A program made the position numbers and the translations under genes. A stretch of 27,018 nucleotides of DNA from Pseudomonadota bacterium (GTDB lineage Bacteria > Pseudomonadota > Gammaproteobacteria > Steroidobacterales > GCA-2729495). The notes under the pieces are model-generated. The model was not told where the DNA came from. It made no database searches and saw only the letters and a program-made list of their open reading frames with translations. This document shows, piece after piece, positions 17,253 through 24,140 of the stretch. Numbering within the stretch: position 1 is the first letter of the stretch; every line of letters begins with the position of its first letter. The stretch covers positions 1 to 27,018 of the forward strand of contig JAUPLK010000001.1 in NCBI GenBank assembly GCA_030836925.1, read 5' to 3'.

Positions 17253-20046
17253 GATTTCTGCGCTGTTCCTGTGCCTGGCGGTGGTGCCGGCACTGTGGGC
17301 GGCAGATGTGTCCGCGCCCGGTGCCTGGCGCAACACCATTGAACGGATCTCGCCGGCGGTGGTGTCCATCCAGGTTGACGGTACCCGTGCCTTCGATACC
17401 GAATGGAATGAATCGAGTCAGGCGACCGGCTTCGTGGTCGACGCCGAGCGGGGCCTGATCCTCACCAATCGCCACGTCGTCACCTCCGGGCCGGTGCGCG
17501 CGGTCGCCATACTCACCAATCAGGAAGAACTCGAGCTGACGCCGGTTTACCGCGATCCGGTGCATGATTTCGGCTTTTATCGCTACGAGCCGCGGAGTCT
17601 CAAGTACATGAAGCCGCAGGCGCTGCGGCTCAACCCGGCCGGTGCACAGATCGGCCGCGAGATCCGCGTGGTTGGCAACGATGGCGGCGAGCAGTTGTCG
17701 ATCCTGTCCGGAACCATCGCCCGGCTGCGCCGCGAAGCGCCCGACTACGGCCGCGGCAAGTACAACGACTTCAACACTTTCTACCTGCAGGCGGCGTCCA
17801 GTACCTCGGGCGGCTCGTCGGGTTCGCCGGTCATCGATATTCGTGGCGATGTGGTGGCGCTGAATGCCGGCGCCAGCAGCGAGACGGCATCGAGTTTCTT
17901 CCTGCCGCTGGATCGCGTGCAGCACGTGCTTGAGTTGCTGCGTGCGGGCCAGCCCGTGGCGCGCGGAACGCTGGGAGCGATCTTCAGCTACACGGCATTT
18001 GATCAGCTGCGTCGCCTCGGGCTGCGTGAGACGAGCGAAGCGGCGGTACGCCAGCGTTTCCCTGACGGTATCGGCATGCTGGTGGTGAGCGAGGTGCTGC
18101 CTGGCGGGCCGGCGGCCGGTGCCCTGCAGGTCGGCGATGTGCTCGTACAGGTCAATGGCGACTACATATCGGAGTTCGTGCCCCTGGCTGCCGTGCTGGA
18201 TGCGCGCGTGGGCCAGCCCGTCGATCTGCTCGTCGAGCGTGGCGGCCAGGTGATCAGCCTGAGTCTCGGCGTGCAGGACCTGCACCGCTTCAATCCCGTC
18301 GAGTATCTGCAGTTCGGCGACGCCGTGGTCAACAACCTCTCCTGGCAGCAGGCGCGTCATTTCAATCGTGCCGCCGAGGGCGTGTATGTGGCCAACCCCG
18401 GCTTCAGCCTGGCCGCCGCGGGCATTCCGCGCGGTGCGCTGATCGTGGGCGCCGGCAACGAGACGATCAACACCATCGACGATCTCGAAAGGGTGCTTGC
18501 GGGTCTCGCCGATCAGCAGCGCGCCGTGCTGCGCTTCATCACTGTCGACGAGCCTGGCTCCAGCCGCCTGCGGGTGATCCGCATGGATCGCCGCTGGTTC
18601 CCGGCGGTGCGCTGTCAGCGTGATGATGTACGCGGCGAGTGGCCGTGCCGCGAGCTGGTGGCCGGACCGCCCGCTCCGCCACCTGAAGGGGGCACAGCCA
18701 GCCTGGTTCCGCAGCGTGATGCAAGGCTGCGTCGGGTTGCCGCCTCGCTGGTGCTGGTCAACTTCGACATGCCTTACGTGGTTTCTGGCGTATCCGAGCA
18801 GCATTACTACGGGACCGGCGTCGTGGTGGATGCAGAGCGAGGTTACGTGGTCGTCGATCGCAACACGATTCCCGAGGCCATGGGCGATGTGCGGCTCACT
18901 TTCGGCGGCACGCTCGAGATACCAGCCCGCGTGGTCGTCGTGCATCCACTGCACAACCTGGTGCTGGTGGCCTATGACCCGACACTCATCGGCGACACGC
19001 CGGTCGAATCAGCGCGCCTTGGCACGGCCTTGCCGGATCCCGGTGACGAGTTGTGGGTGATCGGTCTGCGCGGTGGCGAAAAACTGGTCTCACAACTGAC
19101 GACCTTCTCCACACTTGAACCGGTCGACTACCCGCTGTCGCGCACGATGCGTTTCCGTGACAGCAACCTGGAAACCCTGGCGCTGGTCAATCCGCCCCGC
19201 GACATCGATGGTGTGGTGACCAACCGCAAGGGTGAGGTGGTCTCGCTGTGGTCGAGTTTCGCCTGGCAGGGCAACGGCCAGTTGCGGCAGGAAAATCGCG
19301 GCATGCCGGCCGAGTATGTGACTGAACTGCTTGAACTCGCCGGCGGTGACCAGCCCCTGCATTCGCTGGAAGTGGAGTGGGCGCAGATGCCGCTGGCTGC
19401 CGCGCGTCGTCTCGGACTGCCGGCGGTGTGGGCAGAGCGCATTGCCGGACATGATCCCGAGCGCCGCCAGATCCTGAGCGTCACGCGCACGGTGGCCGGA
19501 TCGCCTGCCGCAGGACTGTTGCAGCCCGGTGATCTGCTGCTGACCGTCGATGGTCAGCCGGCGACACGTTTCCGCCAGGTCGACCGACTGACGCAGAAGC
19601 CGGCAGTCGTGCTGGAAGTGCTCCGCAACAGCGAAGTGCTGAGTCTGGAGGTGGCGACCGTGGCGCTCGATGGCAGCGGCATCCGTCGTGCGGTGCTGTG
19701 GGCCGGTGCCCTGCTGCAGGCGCCCTATCGCGACATGGCCGCACAGCGTGGCGTCGAACCCACCGGGGTGTATGTCTCCTACTTTGCCTTCGGGTCACCG
19801 GCGTCGCGTTATGGCCTGTTTGCCGGGCGGCGGATCACGGCCGTGGATGGCATGGCTGTCGCCGGCCTGGATGAATTCATCGCAGTGGTCAGTGGCCGGC
19901 GCAACCGCGACTCGGTGCGGCTTACGACCGTTACCTGGAACGGTCAGGTCGAAGTACTGACGCTCAGGCTGGATGACACCTACTGGCCGTCGTACCAGAT
20001 CGTCTGGCACGACGGCCAATGGCATCGCGAAGCCTTGCTACGGTGA
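17236..20046 (+). CDS. Exported tandem HtrA-type serine protease (protease-PDZ-PDZ-degenerate protease-PDZ-PDZ), DEG7/Nma111-like, 936 aa
   Basis: ATG at 17236 gives a signal-peptide-like MRPASEISALFLCLAVVPALWA. Triad TNRH80, DPVHD111, GGSS195GSP. The second half repeats VDAERG with His/Asp replaced by Asn543/Asn574. The ORF-track extension from 16741 overlaps the kinase and is spurious. Confidence 0.88.
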   Translation: MRPASEISALFLCLAVVPALWAADVSAPGAWRNTIERISPAVVSIQVDGTRAFDTEWNESSQATGFVVDAERGLILTNRHVVTSGPVRAVAILTNQEELELTPVYRDPVHDFGFYRYEPRSLKYMKPQALRLNPAGAQIGREIRVVGNDGGEQLSILSGTIARLRREAPDYGRGKYNDFNTFYLQAASSTSGGSSGSPVIDIRGDVVALNAGASSETASSFFLPLDRVQHVLELLRAGQPVARGTLGAIFSYTAFDQLRRLGLRETSEAAVRQRFPDGIGMLVVSEVLPGGPAAGALQVGDVLVQVNGDYISEFVPLAAVLDARVGQPVDLLVERGGQVISLSLGVQDLHRFNPVEYLQFGDAVVNNLSWQQARHFNRAAEGVYVANPGFSLAAAGIPRGALIVGAGNETINTIDDLERVLAGLADQQRAVLRFITVDEPGSSRLRVIRMDRRWFPAVRCQRDDVRGEWPCRELVAGPPAPPPEGGTASLVPQRDARLRRVAASLVLVNFDMPYVVSGVSEQHYYGTGVVVDAERGYVVVDRNTIPEAMGDVRLTFGGTLEIPARVVVVHPLHNLVLVAYDPTLIGDTPVESARLGTALPDPGDELWVIGLRGGEKLVSQLTTFSTLEPVDYPLSRTMRFRDSNLETLALVNPPRDIDGVVTNRKGEVVSLWSSFAWQGNGQLRQENRGMPAEYVTELLELAGGDQPLHSLEVEWAQMPLAAARRLGLPAVWAERIAGHDPERRQILSVTRTVAGSPAAGLLQPGDLLLTVDGQPATRFRQVDRLTQKPAVVLEVLRNSEVLSLEVATVALDGSGIRRAVLWAGALLQAPYRDMAAQRGVEPTGVYVSYFAFGSPASRYGLFAGRRITAVDGMAVAGLDEFIAVVSGRRNRDSVRLTTVTWNGQVEVLTLRLDDTYWPSYQIVWHDGQWHREALLR

Positions 20047-20814
20047 CGGATCTGCCTTCAGCCCGGCAAACTTTGCCCGCCAGTCCGTGCTCGGTGAGCC
20101 GGGAACGGTGTGGGTTTCGAAGGTGCGGTTGCGGGCCTCCGGGTACTTGAGCGCCTGCACGCATATCGTGGCGACATCGGCACGTGCGATCGTCGTCTGT
20201 CCGGTGACCTTGTCGCCCTGTTCCAGTACAAAGGCGCTCTTGCCCGGTTCGGCGTTTGTCAGTCCGCCCGGCCGGATGATCGTGTAGGGCACACCGCTCG
20301 CGCGCAGTGCATTCTCGCCCTGCAGCTTCCACTTGAGTACATCACCGAACATCCGGTTCAGGGGGTGGTCCTCCTGGGTTACCGCACGCGACGACACGAG
20401 CACGAAGTGCCGTACACCGGCAGCTGATGCGGCGCTCGCCAGGTTCTTGACGCCCATGTAGTCGATCACCTCCGGTCGGCCAGGTCCCTTTGCACCCTTG
20501 GCGCCGATCGTCGAGATGACGGCATCGGCGCCCTGCATGGCCGGTGCCAGCGTGGCGGGGTCGGTGACATCGCCAGTGAGATAAGTGACCTGCTCGCCGA
20601 GCACGGCCCGCGCCTTGGCTGGATCCCGCACCAGTACGCGCACCGTATAGCCTTCGGCCAGCAACTGGGCCACGAGTGGCGTGCCGGTGCGACCGGTGGC
20701 GCCGGCGACCAGCACGGTTTTGGGTGCCGCCGACAGGCCGCCGGTGCCGGTCGAACACGCGCCAAGAGCCAACACGCACGCGCCGATCAAGGCGCTTCTT
20801 CTGGTCAGGGACAT
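20038..20814 (-). CDS. NAD(P)-binding atypical SDR (NAD_binding_10 type) with a predicted lipoprotein signal, 258 aa
   Basis: VLVAGATGRTG Rossmann motif, IDYMGVKNL, SGVPYTIIRPGGL, IARADVA. N-terminus MSLTRRSALIGACVLALGAC. GGAG upstream of ATG 20814. Confidence 0.88.
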   Translation of the reverse strand: MSLTRRSALIGACVLALGACSTGTGGLSAAPKTVLVAGATGRTGTPLVAQLLAEGYTVRVLVRDPAKARAVLGEQVTYLTGDVTDPATLAPAMQGADAVISTIGAKGAKGPGRPEVIDYMGVKNLASAASAAGVRHFVLVSSRAVTQEDHPLNRMFGDVLKWKLQGENALRASGVPYTIIRPGGLTNAEPGKSAFVLEQGDKVTGQTTIARADVATICVQALKYPEARNRTFETHTVPGSPSTDWRAKFAGLKADPSP

Positions 20815-20887
20815 GGGCAGGTTCTCCATTGAATGTGCCCCGAGCATACCCAAGCGCGACAGGCTGCGCGAGTCCCGCACGCGCGGG

Positions 20888-20893
20888 TATGAT
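20888..20893 (+). promoter_or_regulatory. -10 element TATGAT 6 nt upstream of the AKR start codon
   Basis: TATGAT-cggcgg-ATG. No SD and no clear -35. Confidence 0.45.
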
Positions 20894-20899
20894 CGGCGG

Positions 20900-21883
20900 A
20901 TGAAACAGCGAAAACTCGGCAATACCGGTCAGGCGGTGTCTGCGCTAGGTCTCGGCTGCATGGGCATGGTGGGCTGGTATGGCCAGCGCGATGATGCCGA
21001 GGCACGGGCCACGCTGCATCGGGCGCTCGATCTCGGCATCAACCATCTCGATACGGCTGCCGTCTATCAGGACGGCGCCAATGAGCGCTTTGTCGGCGAG
21101 GCGATCCGCGGACGCCGCGATGAAGTGTTCATCGCCACCAAGTGCGGCCTGGCACGCAGCCCCGCGGGGCGGATCACGGCCGACAACCGGGCGGACACGA
21201 TTCGCCGTTCCTGCGACGAGAGCCTGCAACGGCTGGGCGTCGAGCAGATCGACCTTTTTTATCTGCACCGCATCGATCCGCAGGTGCCGATCGAGGACTC
21301 GATGGGCGTGATGGCCGGGCTGGTGCAGGCGGGGAAGATCCGCTACACCGGCATTTCGGAGGCCGGTCCGGAGACCCTGCGCCGTGCCCACCGGACGCAT
21401 CCGCTGGCGGCCCTGCAAAGCGAGTTGTCGCCCTGGACCAGAAATGCCTGCCGTGCGACCCTCGATGTCTGCAGGGAACTCGGCATTGCATTTGTTGCCT
21501 ACAGTCCGCTCGGGCGCGGTTTCCTGACCGGTGCCATCAGCAGCGGCGGGGATTTTCCCGAAGGCGATACGCGACGCATGTTCCCGCGCTTTCAGCCGGA
21601 AAATCTGCAGCACAATCTGGCAGCGGTCGAACGTTTGCGCGAACTGGCACATGGCATCGGTTGCACGCCTGCGCAGTTGTCACTCGCCTGGGTGCTGGGC
21701 CAGTGGCAGGGCGTGTTGCCGATTCCCGGCACCAAGAAGCGCCGCTACCTGGAAGAGAATGCAGCGGCTGCCGAGTTGCAGCTTGCGGCCGATCAGTTGG
21801 CGGCAATCGAGCGTGCGATACCGGAGGAACTGGTGCATGGCGAGCGTTATCCCGCAGGCATGCTGGAGACACTCAATGTCTGA
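20900..21883 (+). CDS. Aldo/keto reductase, 327 aa
   Basis: LGLGCMGM, catalytic tetrad in DTAAVY, ATK and YLHRID. YSPLGRGFLTG, PIPGTKK. Confidence 0.95.
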   Translation: MKQRKLGNTGQAVSALGLGCMGMVGWYGQRDDAEARATLHRALDLGINHLDTAAVYQDGANERFVGEAIRGRRDEVFIATKCGLARSPAGRITADNRADTIRRSCDESLQRLGVEQIDLFYLHRIDPQVPIEDSMGVMAGLVQAGKIRYTGISEAGPETLRRAHRTHPLAALQSELSPWTRNACRATLDVCRELGIAFVAYSPLGRGFLTGAISSGGDFPEGDTRRMFPRFQPENLQHNLAAVERLRELAHGIGCTPAQLSLAWVLGQWQGVLPIPGTKKRRYLEENAAAAELQLAADQLAAIERAIPEELVHGERYPAGMLETLNV

Positions 21884-22415
21884 GCCCGTGCTGGCTGGCC
21901 GGCGTCGCTGGTTCACGCTGCTACTCCTCCTGCCGCTGCTGTCGGGCGGCTGCGCGCTGTTCAAGGGCAAGCTTGAGGCGCCGAAGGTCACGCTGAGTGG
22001 CATTACGCCGGAAAAACTCGAGCGCGGCAGCCAGGTGTTGCGTTGCCGGTTGCTGCTTGAGAACCCCAACAACGAGGACCTGCGGGTGGTCGGCGGCAAG
22101 GTCAGGCTCGAGATCGATGGTGTCTCGGCCGGCAAGGGTGAAACGATCGAGGGTTTTGTGCTGCCTGCACTTGATTCAAAGGAAGTCGAGCTGCGTGTGA
22201 CGCTGGATCTGCTGTCGTCACTGACCGGCGCACTGCGTTCGCTGGGTTCCGGCAAGCCGGCGCTTGAGTACACCCTGAAGGGTTATGTGGACCTGGATGT
22301 GAAGGCGCTGGGGCGATTGCCTTTCAGCAGCAGTGGCAAGATCAAGTTCGATGACCTGCTGCGGCACGCGCCGGGTTTGTTGCGTTCCATACCGGATCCG
22401 GAGAAAACGTCATGA
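21876..22415 (+). CDS. LEA type 2 (WHy) domain lipoprotein, 179 aa
   Basis: Basic n-region, hydrophobic stretch and LLSGGC lipobox-like site. LLLENPNNEDLRV motif, beta-rich body with YTLKGYV. 8-nt overlap with the AKR. Confidence 0.75.
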   Translation: MSEPVLAGRRRWFTLLLLLPLLSGGCALFKGKLEAPKVTLSGITPEKLERGSQVLRCRLLLENPNNEDLRVVGGKVRLEIDGVSAGKGETIEGFVLPALDSKEVELRVTLDLLSSLTGALRSLGSGKPALEYTLKGYVDLDVKALGRLPFSSSGKIKFDDLLRHAPGLLRSIPDPEKTS

Positions 22416-22972
22416 CCACACTCAGTGAGCGAATCGCCGGCGAGCGTCGGCGCCTCAAGTCCGTGCGACAGCTGCTCACCGCCGCGGTAGAGCGCAAGTC
22501 CGGTGGTGATCAGTCCTTCGTGCCGTTCTACGTCGCCCTTGGTGACTATATCGAGGCATCCATGCATCGTCTGCACGCCCAGGATGTGAAGATGGGCGAC
22601 ATGATCCGGCGCAAGCTCGTGACGCTGGATGACAATGCCAGGCAGGCGCTCGATGAACTGCATGAACGGCTTGCCGGCAACCAGGCCCACCTGACGGTTT
22701 TTTCTGCCGCAAAAAGTGCACTGCAGAGCGAGGGCGCCGATGCCTTGCCGCGCTTCGAGCAGGCCAGCGCCGCCTACACCGCCTACATCGTCGCCAACAT
22801 GGGTCATCACGGGCTCACCACCGAGCTGGCAGCAAAACTGTTCAGCGAGGCGGACTGGACGTACATGGCCGGTATTTCCGAGGTGGATACTGCAGTGGAG
22901 CAGCAACTGTATGCCCGGGTGTTCGCGTTGCTGCCGGCCGCACTGGCGGATCTGCGGTCCACGGCAGTCTGA
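22412..22972 (+). CDS. Hypothetical all-helical protein, possibly a degenerate hemerythrin/HHE fold, 186 aa
   Basis: Clean ORF coupled by an ATGA overlap. Helical pattern with scattered His (HRLH, LHE, AHL, GHH) and the hemerythrin-like tail LAAKLFSEADW. Confidence 0.6.
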   Translation: MTTLSERIAGERRRLKSVRQLLTAAVERKSGGDQSFVPFYVALGDYIEASMHRLHAQDVKMGDMIRRKLVTLDDNARQALDELHERLAGNQAHLTVFSAAKSALQSEGADALPRFEQASAAYTAYIVANMGHHGLTTELAAKLFSEADWTYMAGISEVDTAVEQQLYARVFALLPAALADLRSTAV

Positions 22973-23000
22973 AGCGATCGACGCAGTGAGGGGAGCCGGC

Positions 23001-24140
23001 ATGCTGTTGCGGCCTGTTGTTCTTGTGTCGATGCTGCTGACGCTGCCCATGGCGCCGGTCTTTGCCGAAACGCGTGTCGGCGACACCATCGTCATCAGCC
23101 AGGCGGTCGCGGACGATTTTTACGCCGTGGGCGGCAGGCTGCAGATCGACGCCTCTGTGGCTGGTGATGCCGTGCTCGCCGGCGGCAGTGTCGACATCGA
23201 GGGCGATATCGATGGCGATGTCAGCGCGACCGGCGGACAGGTCGCGATTTCCGGCGGTGTTGGCGATGATCTGCGCGCGGCAGGTGGCGAGGTCAGTCTG
23301 CGCGGCTTTGTCACCGACCACGCCGCGATAGCCGGCGGTGTGGTGCGCATCGAGGAGGGCAGTGCAATTGCCGGCCGCGCCTGGATTGCAGCTGACACCC
23401 TGTACATGGCCGGCCAGATCGGTGCTGATCTGCGGGTGTTTGCCCGGACAGTCGTCATCGCCGGCCAGATCCAGGGTGATGTGGAGATTACGGCCCGGGA
23501 AATCCGCATCGACCCGGGGGCGGTTATCGGTGGCCAGCTCATATGGCACAGCCAGGAGCCGCCGCTGATTGCCGAAGACGCGTTGATACTGGGCGATATG
23601 GCGGGCACGCAGGCGCCCGTCGATGAGTTGCCCGAAATGACGCCACCGGTGTTTGACAACTGGGCGCTGGCCATCGCCATCTTCGTTGCCGCCGCCGGCT
23701 TGTTCTGGCTGAGTCCCGCACTGGTCGAGCGTTCCGGTACCCTGTTCCATGCCGCACCGGGGCGCACGCTTGTTGTCGGCGCCATCGCGATGGCGCTGAG
23801 CCCGCTGCTCATCGTCTTTCTGTTCGTGTCGATATTCGGCTGGCTGCTCGGGCTGCTGATGCTGGTCGCTTATGTGCTGGCAGTCCTGCTGTCGGGACTG
23901 CTCGGGCTGCTGATGCTGGTCCAGCTGATCCGGATCCGCTTCGCCGCTCAGGAGCCGGTGCCGGCCACCGGCCGCAGTCCCGGCTGGCGCAGCCTGGCGT
24001 TGCTGTTGCCGGTGACACTGTTCGCATTGCTCATGCAGTCGGTGCCCGTTCTCGGCGGGCTGTTTTCGATGCTGGTTCTGCTGGCGGGCTTCGGTGCGCT
24101 TGCATCGCTGCTCATGCGTCGAGCGCCGTCAGCCGCATAG
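23001..24140 (+). CDS. Membrane protein with signal peptide, about eight 17-19-aa beta-helix (bactofilin/polymer-forming-like) repeats and C-terminal TM helices, 379 aa
   Basis: GGAG upstream of ATG 23001. Repeats [17 protein letters not shown] / [17 protein letters not shown] / [17 protein letters not shown] / [17 protein letters not shown] etc. Several long hydrophobic segments at the C-terminus. Confidence 0.8.
   Translation: MLLRPVVLVSMLLTLPMAPVFAETRVGDTIVISQAVADDFYAVGGRLQIDASVAGDAVLAGGSVDIEGDIDGDVSATGGQVAISGGVGDDLRAAGGEVSLRGFVTDHAAIAGGVVRIEEGSAIAGRAWIAADTLYMAGQIGADLRVFARTVVIAGQIQGDVEITAREIRIDPGAVIGGQLIWHSQEPPLIAEDALILGDMAGTQAPVDELPEMTPPVFDNWALAIAIFVAAAGLFWLSPALVERSGTLFHAAPGRTLVVGAIAMALSPLLIVFLFVSIFGWLLGLLMLVAYVLAVLLSGLLGLLMLVQLIRIRFAAQEPVPATGRSPGWRSLALLLPVTLFALLMQSVPVLGGLFSMLVLLAGFGALASLLMRRAPSAA

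Noticed and set aside
17191-18954. 587-aa minus-strand ORF opposite the tandem protease
   Set aside because: Exact antisense of a strongly codon-biased gene, with no recognisable domain. Expected in high-GC sequence.
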